Shown here piece by piece: positions 12,768 through 24,365 of a stretch of 64,000 nucleotides of DNA. This stretch comes from Chlorokybus atmophyticus (Eukaryota; Plantae; Mesostigma and Chlorokybus algae): assembly GCA_009103225.1 (NCBI GenBank), contig RHPI01001517.1, positions 322,505 to 386,504 on the forward strand, in the 5' to 3' direction. Position numbers and translations under genes: made by a program. The notes beneath the pieces were generated by a model that saw only the letters and a list, made by a program, of their open reading frames with translations, made no database searches and was not told the origin of the DNA. How positions within the stretch are numbered: position 1 is the first letter of the stretch; each line of letters begins with the position of its first letter.

Positions 12768-13374
12768 NNNNNNNNNNNNNNNNNNNNNNNNNNNNNNNNN
12801 NNNNNNNNNNNNNNNNNNNNNNNNNNNNNNNNNNNNNNNNNNNNNNNNNNNNNNNNNNNNNNNNNNNNNNNNNNNNNNNNNNNNNNNNNNNNNNNNNNNN
12901 NNNNNNNNNNNNNNNNNNNNNNNNNNNNNNNNNNNNNNNNNNNNNNNNNNNNNNNNNNNNNNNNNNNNNNNNNNNNNNNNNNNNNNNNNNNNNNNNNNNN
13001 NNNNNNNNNNNNNNNNNNNNNNNNNNNNNNNNNNNNNNNNNNNNNNNNNNNNNNNNNNNNNNNNNNNNNNNNNNNNNNNNNNNNNNNNNNNNNNNNNNNN
13101 NNNNNNNNNNNNNNNNNNNNNNNNNNNNNNNNNNNNNNNNNNNNNNNNNNNNNNNNNNNNNNNNNNNNNNNNNNNNNNNNNNNNNNNNNNNNNNNNNNNN
13201 NNNNNNNNNNNNNNNNNNNNNNNNNNNNNNNNNNNNNNNNNNNNNNNNNNNNNNNNNNNNNNNNNNNNNNNNNNNNNNNNNNNNNNNNNNNNNNNNNNNN
13301 NNNNNNNNNNNNNNNNNNNNNNNNNNNNNNNNNNNNNNNNNNNNNNNNNNNNNNNNNNNNNNNNNNNNNNNNNN
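12768..13374. other. Assembly gap (N)
   Basis: N run. Further gaps at 14660-14770 and 53779-53893. Confidence 1.
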
Positions 13375-15287
13375 GGACGCGATTTGCAATTGTGCCGTTT
13401 TTGCGCAATCGCAGGGGTTGAGCATATGGTACACCCGCTCGCATCACATCAGCGCAAACGACACCGTACATAAAGGCTTTTTGTATCAATCACCATGTTC
13501 GCTTACAGCAATTGCGACAAATAGCTAACGCCTCAGGTCGGTCGCAAACAACAATAAGCAAATGATTGCAATCGGATGAATGCAATTGGCTGGCTGGTTG
13601 GTTGGTTGGGCGCCTAGCTATCTTTTACAATATTGCATACATTATATATGAAGCATAGAACATAATCACGTTAAGCCTGGCCATTAAGCTTGGCTCAACG
13701 TAATTGCATGCAGCTTTGCAAACACAAGCGCAACATACCGATAGTAGCGCAAGTTAGTTGACTCGGCCAAGTGACCCCGCTTTGTAACTGGCGGAACTTG
13801 CGACCTCGTAACTTTATGAGTCATTAGCCAATTCATCCTAATTCACAACTTAGGCGACTACGCCTTTCTCGGAATTTTGAAAGCAGCTTGCGCGCTCAAG
13901 TGCGCTAAATGGGTTGCTACTTGCAACTACTGGAGAAGGGGGAAATTAGAAGTCCCTACTCAAAAGTCATTAGCTTCTCCAACCTTCCTCGACTTGAATC
14001 CGATTACACGTGTTAAACGGTTGCTTCAAACTTTACAACATGTGAAAACAGCAAAATCCTCATACCATCGTGAATGGCGAGAGCATTGTGGCCTTGTGTG
14101 TATATGTCGTAAGCTGACAGCCAAACACTTTTAAGTTTTTGCGATCACACAAACGCGCTTAAACGTGTGCTAGCGTAGCGGGGACTCGAAGATGTTGCAA
14201 TTTCGCTAGATCCTCTCGCGCATACCATAAAGACAAAATTATGTATAGGACTTAAGGGGCTTATATTGTTTGCGACCTCGCTAAATTCTACCCGCTTATA
14301 CGCTATATTAATTGCTGCAACCGCTGCCGGCTTCCTACAACGGTTGTAAGATTTGCTGTGTCTAACTATAGTTAAGCATTTGGGTTCACGATAGCTACCC
14401 GGAACCTAACTAGCGAAGAAAGGTTGATTCGCTATTATAAATGATATTATGAATGCGAGTTTGGTTATGATGCAATTAAACTCGTGCCTAACTCAATTTT
14501 CGCCATTGCAACATCATAGTGCAACTCAATGTAGGCTTCTATTCTCATACACTGTGCCATAAATACTAGCACAAGCCATCATCTCAGCCACAGCATAATT
14601 CAATCAAGTATAATAGCTCTATGTTGGGTTTGTCCTATTCGCGATTACAGGAGCCCCCCNNNNNNNNNNNNNNNNNNNNNNNNNNNNNNNNNNNNNNNNN
14701 NNNNNNNNNNNNNNNNNNNNNNNNNNNNNNNNNNNNNNNNNNNNNNNNNNNNNNNNNNNNNNNNNNNNNNCCCCCCCCCCCCCCCCTCCCCTTCTATGTA
14801 TTGTAGCAGAGTACCGGCCAAATACAGCCCTTCTTACTCTTGGTGTTTATGTATGCGTAAAACATTGCCGTTCCTTTTATTAAGTACTGACTTTTTATTA
14901 TTTACTTGATTTTTAACTTTTTATTTGGTATAAGGCGAGCAGAAGCAAACTCACACACGAGTTATATGCGCAACACAACTCATGCTGGGGAGTCGATATG
15001 GGTCGATAGCACAATGGCTACGCCCAGCACCCAAGTGCAATACAATACATTTACGTAAGTGTACAATTCTATGTAGGCTGATCTATACACAACGTCTACA
15101 TCAGGGTGATATGATTTCATGAAGCGCATGAAATGCGCGCCCATGAACTCAAGAACTCGTTAATTAGTTATAAGACTCTTGTGCCCCTAGTGCCTTGGGC
15201 ACTTGGGGGCACAAGCACTCACTAGATGAGTTGTGAGTCACAAGCTCCTATCATGTGGCTTGAAACCCTAGCGCGGCGGCGCCATCC

Positions 15288-16433
15288 TTGGCGAGGGTGG
15301 CGAGTGTGGTGAGGAGGTGTGGACGGAGGAGGACCTCCATTTTGGTTACACGGTTACAAGCGAGTGCCCAAGATGATGAAGAGGAGGTGGCGGCCACGGC
15401 GGCGGCGGCGTTGCTAGCCGCCAATCGCTTGTCGCGGGCTAGAAGTCCGCGTCGCCACATCTTGAGTGAGGAGGAGGAGAGGAGAGCGGCGAGGGAGACA
15501 TGCGCCTCCCCGTGGGGAGGGGAGAGGAGGAGGTAAACAAGGAAGGTGACGGTGGTGAAGAGGATGAGGACGACGCGGACGGCGAGGACCCGCCCTTCGT
15601 CACTTACACGCGTAGGAAGAGGGAGCCAAGCTCCTTCTCCAACGATTCTACCCCATCCATGATACCCACGGAGGCAATGGCACGGAGTTTGGAGGACTTG
15701 GAGGCGGAGAACATGCGCCTCAAGCGGGAAGGCGCCCGCCATCCCTCGTGAGCCCGTTGCCACCGGGCCCAACCACCCGCTACTTGTGAGCATTCTTCGT
15801 CGCGAGACGAACTCCAACACCCCCAATGCTCGGGTGGAGGCGATGTGCAACCGCTTTAATGAGCCCGCGGTCCCTTGAAAAGAGAACATGAAAAAGCGGG
15901 CTCGGCAACATGTGGATGTGGCGGCTTACCTTGGTGCGGCGGCGAGCTCCTTCGACCGTGTGCCCGCTCACCTTGCCGATGATCCCAACTTCGCCCACGG
16001 CCGCAAAGAGAACATGAGAGGTGGGCTCAATCTTTGTAGGGTCATGTGCGAGCATCACTGGAACACCATTATGTGGGTGCGGAATTGGTCCATGCCCACT
16101 TGCACATGCATGCGTTGCGGGCCTTGTGAAGGCCCTGCCCCATTATTAATATAGATGCACGAGATGCATTTGTTCTGCATCCCTCCTTCCCCCGTGTTCA
16201 AGGGGCGGGAGGGCCCGCACCTAACGCCATTGCATGCCCACCCCTGTATTCACATTATGACTACCTCACAGCAAGGTAACAAGCACAGGGCAGACCATTT
16301 GCATCTGCATCCATAGCACATGGTAAGTAAGGTTGAGGATGGCATGTGGGTGCGCATGGCATTAGACCCTGTGGATTTGAGCCTGTGTGCTTATGAGCAA
16401 CCAGTGTTGCTCATACGTGCTTTGTGCCCTAGC
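15288..16433 (+). pseudogene. gag: DIRS-A gag, 5' part
   Basis: Colinear with the minus-strand copy at 52850-54150; resumes at 33346 after TSD CTAGC. Confidence 0.8.
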
Positions 16434-17166
16434 TGTAACAAAGTTGGCATTACACTTGCTTTTTAGCTAAATTTCTAGCCCCTTTACCCCCAAACAGCCC
16501 TGTTTAACAGCCCTGACGCGTTATGCTTATATAAAGTCCCGAGTCGCCGAGTTATTTCTACATCAAGGGCGCGCGTTTAAAAGGTCACGCGAGCGTTATG
16601 CGCTTTGACCACCGTTGACAGTTTTTATGCGCCATTTAAACAGTCGATTCACGTGTTTTTGAGCATGTGTTCGCGGTGGAGTCAACATAGTTGACTTCTA
16701 CAATAATAGTGTAGCCTCTTACGTATATAAGTAGCTAGTATACTGCTATTAGGGAGGTTGGACCAAGTAGAAGTTAAGTTATTGCTCTTGTTGTGAACGG
16801 TGTGTGCGTGCTTGTGGAGTTTGCATCCACAGTGCGTGTGTGCGCGTGGGTGTGCTTTTGCTACAGCTCTTGCACGGACCAGACTGCCCCACAAGCTTTG
16901 AGGCGCCTACATTGCCCTCAAGGTGTTCAACCCCACGGTGCGAATACTGTTGTTGATTGATTGCGAGTAGGTGCACGTGTATTAGCGCCATTAGTGTGCT
17001 CAATTGCATCATAGCTCGTTCATCAGGCTGGTAGCTCTGGTGAGGTGTTCAATCAGCACGAGCATCGTTACATTTTGGTATCGGAGCGTAGTTGTGCAGG
17101 TGGTTATCAGGTGAATAGCCACATATATTGATCCTTGTTACATCGGACACTTTTCCTCTTCCCACC

Positions 17167-18172
17167 ATGGTGAACAACACCCAACGTATCGAGGTGCTGG
17201 ATGAGCAGCTCCAAAGCTTGATGGCTCGCCTCACCACCACTGAGGAGCGTTTACAAGTAGCTGAGGAGGCTGCCAATTCTGCCAACCAACGCGCGTTCGC
17301 TGCAACGAAGCATCTACGTGCAGTGGAGGGGCGCTCAACAACCTCTTTGGATGGAGTTGCTGCAGTGTCACAAGGTGCTGGAGGTTCTATTACGTCATCC
17401 TCCCATCAGTTCAAGCCAGCAAAATCGGACTTCTATCACGGTCAGCGAGATGAGGACAAAGTTGATGCGTAATTATTTCATTGTCGGCAGTATGTCGATC
17501 TTGCGCGTGTCCCCTCACATGAGCACGTCGTTGCTTCGGCCATGTATCTGCGAAGTGCTGCATTGACATGGTGGCGGTCTTATTTGTCTCGTGTGGAGAG
17601 CGGATTTGCTCCAACGCTATCAACCTTTGAAGAGTATGCTGCGAAAGTGCGTAGGCAATTTGTTCCCATTATTAGTAAGCAAAGTGCTCGTGATCGCCTT
17701 CACGCATTGACTCAAATGACATCCGTTGTTGTCTACACGGAGAAGTTTTTGCACACGACTCTGTTTATCCCTGAAAGTTGAGAAGTCTGATCCGGCCACA
17801 CTGCAAGATGCTATCAAGCGAGCGGAGCGTGCGGATGCTCTTCTTCAACGGTCTTTCTCTCAGTCCCGACCTGCTTCTCAATTGCGGCCTGGTCAACCAT
17901 CACGCTACGAGGTGAACTCATATGCTGCTGCTGCAAGTAGTGATGCTGATAGAGAGGAAGAAGGCGATGTTCCTTCTCTTGCTGCAATCTTTCAGCGTGC
18001 TGCTAAAGGCACCCATTCGCGTGGTTTTCTTTGCTGGAATTGTGGAGACAAGTCCCACAGATTTTTTGCTTGCAAAGAGCCTCGTCGACCTGACGGAGTA
18101 CTCCCCTTCAAGCCCAAGCATCTAAATGCGACAAGCAGCATCAAGCAGCAGGTAAACGGTCGGTCTCAGTAG
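17167..18172 (+). pseudogene. gag: Gypsy-3 gag with zinc knuckle
   Basis: FKPAKSDFYHG, AALTWWRSY, ARDRLHALTQ, CWNCGDKSHRFFAC; internal stop and frameshifts. Confidence 0.88.
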
Positions 18173-18606
18173 ACATTGGGGCTACTGCTGAGACTAGGAT
18201 GCAGCCTCAGGTGCGGACAGCTGAGTTGTTTGCTGCATCTGCTTGCGATGGAGTTGAGTTGCGCACGCATGCCCATGCGGGATTGATATTCCTCAAAGCC
18301 CAAGTTGGAGGTCACGATGGTGTAAGGAGAGGGGGTGCTACCTCCTCCATTTAATCTACTACCCCAACACCACCACCAGCCACGCCGACCACACCGCCGC
18401 CGCCAGGGGCAACTGCCGAAGCAGAAGATCCCCTGGCTATGGCGGCTGCTGCGTTAGCAGTGCCGCCATACAGTTGATATCGACATGAGACTCATGTCTC
18501 ATGTCGATATCAGTGTTACAATTAAGTAACACTACATTAGGGCCTTAACACTAGGTTAACGGCCCTAATACGGCTTAATTGGCTGTATATACCCGTTGGG
18601 ACCCTT

Positions 18607-19020
18607 ATTTAATCCTAAATAAGGGCGGGGAACTTCTATAGAGGTAGCACTCCGTTACATTCCCCCCCACTTAGGTTTCAATGTCCTCATTGAAGGGTTA
18701 GCAAAGCCCCACCATGAGCACCGAGAACCAAAGCAGTGAGAGATTTAATCCTAAATAAGGGCGGGGAACCTCTATAGAGGTAGCACTCCGTTACATTCCC
18801 CCCCACTTAGGTTTCAATGTCCTCATTGAAGGGTTAGCAAAGCCCCACCATGAGCACCGAGAACCAAAGCAGTGAGAGATTTAATCCTAAATAAGGGCGG
18901 GGAACTTCTATAGAGGTAGCACTCCGTTACATTCCCCCCCACTTAGGTTTCAATGTCCTCATTGAAGGGTTAGCAAAGCCCCACCATGAGCACCGAGAAC
19001 CAAAGCAGTGAGAGATTTAA
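18607..19020. repeat. Three tandem 136-bp units, each containing the LTR end, PPT and 3' UTR
   Basis: ATTTAA-starting units at 18607, 18743 and 18879, with a closing ATTTAA at 19015. Confidence 0.97.
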
Positions 19021-19039
19021 CCAGGGCCGAAGCGGTAAA

Positions 19040-21473
19040 GATGTCTGCCAGCACCCTTTTACCGTCCGCGTGTGGACACAGCACTCCAGTACCCCCGAAG
19101 AATCTCTTGGCAGTTGGTAAGATTCCTTTCGGGCTCCCACGTGTTGTGCTCAACACCATACCCTTTCCATTACGTCAACAGATGGCCACTAATACAACTA
19201 TTGCGCTGCTTTAACAGTCTTGCGACTGCCAAAGTGCCCAGCGTACGGTGGAACGTGTACATCAGCTATGCATTTCGCACGCAATCCAGCATGGTCTGGT
19301 ATTACTAAGCTGGTGCCCACATAATACAAGTTGTCTCGTTTGCTCAGCTTTTGCACGTTGTCCTCTGACGAGAACCATGGGTCAAAAGCATACCCTTGCA
19401 CAACAGCTTGCACAAACTCATCATCCGGTGGCAATGTACCGCGCGTCGCAAGCAATTGCGCACGCATAGCTGCCAACAATGATGGACAACGACTCAGAGG
19501 ATCAGCAACATTGGTTCTGCCTGGCCAGTATACCCACTCAAAGGTAAACCGGGACAGAAACTCATTTTAGCGGGCTTGCCTTCGTGACAAGTTTTGCTGT
19601 GTTGAGAAATACACCAATGGATTATGATCAGTCACCACTGTGAACTGAACCCCCTCCAAGTAACATCGCCATGTTTCCAGAGCATGTACTATACCAAGCA
19701 ACTCTTGCTTGGTGGTAGTGTAATTTACCTCTGCTGGAATGAACTTCCTACTCTCATAAGCACATGGTCTGCCATCTTGCAACAGTACTGCACCACACTC
19801 AAGGGTGGACGCATCGCTAACCACACTGGCATGCTTGTCCCAGTTTGGCAATGCCAACACTGGAGCAGAAGTCAAGGCTAGCTTCACCTGTTGCATAGCA
19901 GCTTCTTGTTCAGCTGTCCATAAGAATGGAGCATCTTTTCGCAACAGTTTTGTTAAAGGCACCACTACTGTGGAGTACCCCATCATAAACTTGCGAAAGT
20001 AGTTTGCCAATCCCAAGAATGATCGCAGCTGATGGATATTCTTAGGTTGAGGCCAATCCTTTACAACTTGCACTTTGCGAGGGTCAGGTTTCACACCCGC
20101 ACCGCTCACAATGTGCCCCAAGAATGGCAACTCCGTCTCGCTGGAGTCACACTTCGCAAGATTGGCAAACAAGCGATGTGTACGCAGCAAGGCGAACACC
20201 GCTTCCAAGTGCTGCTTATGCTCTTCCTTGGTTTTACTAAAGACAATGATGTCATCCAAGTAAACCATAACATACTTGCCAAGTATGCCACCAAACATCT
20301 TATTCATTTCCTTCTGAAACACTGCCGGCGCATTAGTCAATCCAAAAGGTAACACTTTGTATTGATAATGGCCCGAAGGTGTTCTGAATGCTGTCTTGTA
20401 AACATCAGAAGGATGAATCCGGATTTGATGATACCCACTTGTCAAGTCCAACGTACTAAAGTACGCATTTCCCGACAGTTTATCAAACACATCATCAATC
20501 CGGGGCAACGGGTATCGATTCTTTACCGTGATCTTGTTCAAAGCACGGTAATCCACACACATGCACAGCTTTCCATTCTTTTTCATCACAAACAAGATGG
20601 GCGCGCCAAAGGGTGAAGAACTCGGTTCAATCAATCCCTTTTCCAATAACTCTTTAATTTGAGTTTTCATTTCCCCCCTCTCTCAGGGGCTCAGCCTATA
20701 TATAGGCCGAAACGGAGGCTCACTGTTAGGAATGAGTGGTATTGTGTGTCCGACACCTCGGTCAGGAGGTAAGCCTGGCAATTCATTTGAGAACACATCT
20801 TGATACTTCTTAATAATGTCTGCAACACCTTCTGTATTTCCCGGCACAAAGTCGTCCGACGACGTTAAGTGTACCAAAAAAGCCGGTGTGTTTTTGCGCA
20901 ACGCACGTTTCACTTGCAGTGCGATGAGTAGCGCAGGGTCGGGCTGCTTGTGGTCCAAGCTATGTGACCTTTCACAGACAATGTTACACGCTTACGACCT
21001 TTCTTTACCGTGCACAAACGTGCGCCAGTATCCAATGTCATATTGACATTTTCCTGCCATTCCTGTCCTAATACCACATCAACACCTGATATGTCGATGG
21101 ATACCACTATGAAAGTAAGAGTGGCATGATAATTACCAATCTTCACCTTCATTTTTATTTCCCCTTTCACTGGCAGCGCACCCCCCGCACCGGCAGCTGA
21201 AAATGCTGAGGGTTTACACGCTATCTTGTTGTGCACAACCCATTGTTCCTCAACGAAGTTGTGTGTTGCACCAGTGTCAATCAAGAACGAACTGTTTACA
21301 CCCTGCATTGTGCCACTAAATGTCCACAACAGAGGTACCACCCGTCCTTGAAACGTAGCCAAGAGTCCGTGACTAATTCGAGGGTTGATCAATATGGCTG
21401 ACAACCGTACTGTCCCTGTTTCACGCTTGCTGAATTGCTTCAACACACACCTCCCCGAGTATGTTTTAACCAT
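19040..21473 (-). pseudogene. pol: Gypsy-2 pol: PR, RT, RH, IN N-terminus fused to chromodomain
   Basis: FLIDTGATHNF; ORF 19567-20670 with VYLDDI and YESRKFIPAEVNY; HVPPYAGH...WPSV runs directly into WKGYGVEHNTWEPERNL. Confidence 0.95.
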
Positions 21474-21754
21474 GGGCCATGATACTTTGGCACCATCACC
21501 GCCATACTCAAGGTTCTGTGCTTATTCTGCAACTCAGTCAATGCATGCAACACATCGGTAAGCATGTTGAACTCCACATGTACCAGCACACAAGCATTCT
21601 CTTCCACTTTTTCAACATCAAAGAGTGGCAACTTGTCATGTGCTTGCCATGCATGTGTCATTACATGCACTTGAGACAGATCATCAAACCAGCTTGCTGC
21701 TTTCATCTCAAGCAAGTGGCTATCAACCGCAACTACATTAATCACGGCGTAATC
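21440..21754 (-). CDS. Extra ~100-codon segment in frame after the gypsy-2 gag stop; possibly a degenerate N6-adenine MTase-like domain
   Basis: Open frame continuing gag after TAG; LVHVEF...VLHAL...AVMVPKYHGPW aligns by eye with WCHPPP...IMRHA...CLIVPKWTTQTWW of the DIRS MT domain. Confidence 0.45.
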   Translation of the reverse strand, partial: DYAVINVVAVDSHLLEMKAASWFDDLSQVHVMTHAWQAHDKLPLFDVEKVEENACVLVHVEFNMLTDVLHALTELQNKHRTLSMAVMVPKYHGPWLKHTRGGVC

Positions 21755-23233
21755 CTATTTAACCTTCTTGGCCTTGCCCTTCTTGGCGGGGCAGTTCTTC
21801 GCAATGTGACCCGGCTGGTGACGTACGTGACAGGTGCGAGCCGCAGCGGGTGTAGCACCACCAGCAGATGTGCCACCGGTAGGAGGCGTGAATGTCTTCG
21901 CCTTCTTTGCCGTGTGCGCACTCGGCTGAGGGTAACGCTTTCCTCCCACCCCGTGCGGCTTGACCGCAGCTGCCACATGTGTCTTTTCCTGCACCGCCGT
22001 GTTATCGCTGTACAGATACACGCTCAGCTTCTGCAGCTGGGCCAAGTCCTCAGGAACCCAAGGAAGTCCCGTTGCCGTGTTGTACTGCAGCTGATCGCGC
22101 ACACGCGCATCCAAGCCGCGTTTGTACAACTCAAACTGCTCAGCCTTGTCCATGGGCATGAGGCCACTGTTCACGCGACCCACCAACGCTTGGAACTCCT
22201 GCAGATAGACTGAAGCCGTCCGGCCATTCTGTCGCAGCTTGTTGAGCTTGTTGCGAGCCTGAGTAGCTGGATCCATGCCACCATAGCGCTCCACAAGGAA
22301 CTTGAATAGTGCCTCCACTGTCTTGGCCGCACCATCCTCTGTCTGCCTCGCCCACTCGGCGAGAGCGTCAGATGGTATGAGCAACTCAGCAACAGCAATG
22401 TGCTCGCCAACTGGTCGCTTCAGTGCTATCAAGTAGTGCTCAACAGTGACCACCCAATTATGGATGCTGACACTGCCGTTGGGCTTGAACTTCTCAGGCT
22501 TGTTCAGTGCTGTAACCGGCAGCCCCGCTGATGCTCCAGCTGCTGAAGTAGCACCCGCCACCTGTTGGAGCAGCGCCACCAACTCAGACTGCATAGCATC
22601 GAGGCGTGCCGTCAACTGCACTCGGCCAGTCAACTTGTCTTCCAAGTTAGGTCCCAAGTACCAGAACACGTCCTTGCAACGCTGTGAGGTTTCCACTCCC
22701 AAGGTGGCCAAAGCCTCAAACGCCATTCGCTTGCCTTGGTAAGGGAGAGGCTTATCGTAAACAGCCATCAGAGCAGCCACCTTCGGATCACCGCGCACGA
22801 GTGGCGGAACATTGTTCGTCAACTCGTGCTCAATCATGCGGATCACCATCTCCTTGCTTGCGCAAGGGAAATTGGCAAAATCTGTCTCATAGCCATCACG
22901 AACCGTCTGCGCCCATGCATCCCACACTTCCTGACGAAGCTGTGGGTAAGCATCGATTAAGGCTTTGCGCTCTCGCGCATACTTCTCAATAGCCCCACCA
23001 ATAACAAACTGTGTGTCCATTGTAGCTGGCCCACTCTGAGTAGATTGATCGGGAGAAGCTTCGCTATCCTGCGCAGCTTCCTCCTTGTCACTCTCAGTGA
23101 GCTTGTAGCTCTCACTCGTGTCCGAGTCTCTCACTTTGTCATCACTTGATGGTTCGTATGATGACGATGAGTCAGGGACGGTAAAGTACTTCTCACCTCC
23201 CTCTCCTTGGTCAGACATCTGCCCAAAGACAGC
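21755..23233 (-). CDS. gag: Gypsy-2 gag (open, ~490 aa) with degenerate zinc knuckle
   Basis: AELLIPSDALAEW and DPATQARNKLNKLRQNGR are homologous to gypsy-1 gag; CHVRHQPGHIAKNC. Confidence 0.92.
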   Translation of the reverse strand, partial: AVFGQMSDQGEGGEKYFTVPDSSSSYEPSSDDKVRDSDTSESYKLTESDKEEAAQDSEASPDQSTQSGPATMDTQFVIGGAIEKYARERKALIDAYPQLRQEVWDAWAQTVRDGYETDFANFPCASKEMVIRMIEHELTNNVPPLVRGDPKVAALMAVYDKPLPYQGKRMAFEALATLGVETSQRCKDVFWYLGPNLEDKLTGRVQLTARLDAMQSELVALLQQVAGATSAAGASAGLPVTALNKPEKFKPNGSVSIHNWVVTVEHYLIALKRPVGEHIAVAELLIPSDALAEWARQTEDGAAKTVEALFKFLVERYGGMDPATQARNKLNKLRQNGRTASVYLQEFQALVGRVNSGLMPMDKAEQFELYKRGLDARVRDQLQYNTATGLPWVPEDLAQLQKLSVYLYSDNTAVQEKTHVAAAVKPHGVGGKRYPQPSAHTAKKAKTFTPPTGGTSAGGATPAAARTCHVRHQPGHIAKNCPAKKGKAKKVK

Positions 23234-24365
23234 CGTTAGCAAGTGCACAAGTACTCAGATTGTGCACTGCAATACAGGCAAAATCTAATAATTTTGTCTC
23301 GTCAAGTGTTGAGGCGTTACGGTGGAGCATACAGCCCCAAAAGAGCTCTCCACACACCTCTCAATTAGACACTCACTCTGCAACAAACCGTGCGCGAATC
23401 CACGCGACGGTTCACGAGTTATGATCTCTCAAAGTTTTCACTTTGTACAACCCAGCACAATTCACAACTGTGGTTGACACTTAGGGTGCCAAAATCTCGT
23501 CAAATCGACCTTACAGGCCGATATCGACCAGTTGTGAATGGTGAGTTTGATATCGGCCGCTCAGAAAATTCTGGCGGCCTCACCGCACAAAATGGCGGCA
23601 CTGAGACAGTCGATGTTGCCACCGAACTGCCCCCCCCAAGGGAATTTTCAAATTAATAAAAAAACCCTTACACCACGAATCCACGTGGTGCTACACACAC
23701 AATATAATACAATCAATGTATGTTTACTATGTGTTGTGCTGCAATGCAATGCTTCAGGGACAGGCCTGAATGGCCGGATCCCTTCACACAATAACAAACT
23801 GGACTAGGACAGGCATGCTAGGCTAGGCATGGCATGCATGGCATGGCAAGCTAGGCTAGGCTAGGCTAGGCTAGGCACCAGCAGCAGCGTTTAACTATTC
23901 TAGTTAAAACATAAAACACTTTAACTACCACTAGTTTAACGCCGCCTGCCGCCTGCCGCCGCCCCTGCCGCCTGCCGCCGCCCCTCCCACAGGCCCCTTG
24001 CCGCCCGTGCTCCGATACCAATGTAAGGAGAGGGGGTGCTACCTCCTCCCTTTAATCCCCTACCCCAACACCACCACCAGCCACGCCGACCACACCGCCG
24101 CCGCCAGGGGCAACTGCCGAAGCAGAAGATCCCCTGGCTATGGCGGCTGCTGCGTTAGCAGTGCCGCCATACAGCTGATATCGACATGAGACTCATGTCT
24201 CATGTCGATATCAGTGTTACAGTTCAGTAATACTACATTAGGGCCTTAACACTAGGTTAACGGCCCTAACACGGCTTAATTGGCTGTATATACCCGTTGG
24301 GACCCTTATTTAATCTTAAATAAGGGCGGGGAACCTCTATAGAGGTAGCACTCCGTTACAGATGG

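Larger units (their letters stand above)
18321..24360 (-). mobile_element. Gypsy-2: chromovirus related to gypsy-1, integrase core deleted, inserted in the gypsy-3 protease
   Basis: 339-bp LTRs 18321-18659 and 24022-24360; TSD GATGG at 18316-18320 and 24361-24365; PBS TGGTATCGGAGC 24009-24020; PPT at 18660-18673. Confidence 0.97.

Noticed and set aside
12524-13528. Long ORFs containing X
   Set aside because: They are open only because they span an N gap.
14220-14380. IVCDLAKFYP, an RT-like motif
   Set aside because: Isolated, in a stop-ridden frame, with no YxDD downstream.
18607-19020. CRISPR-like array
   Set aside because: Units are contiguous with no unique spacers and consist of LTR/PPT sequence.
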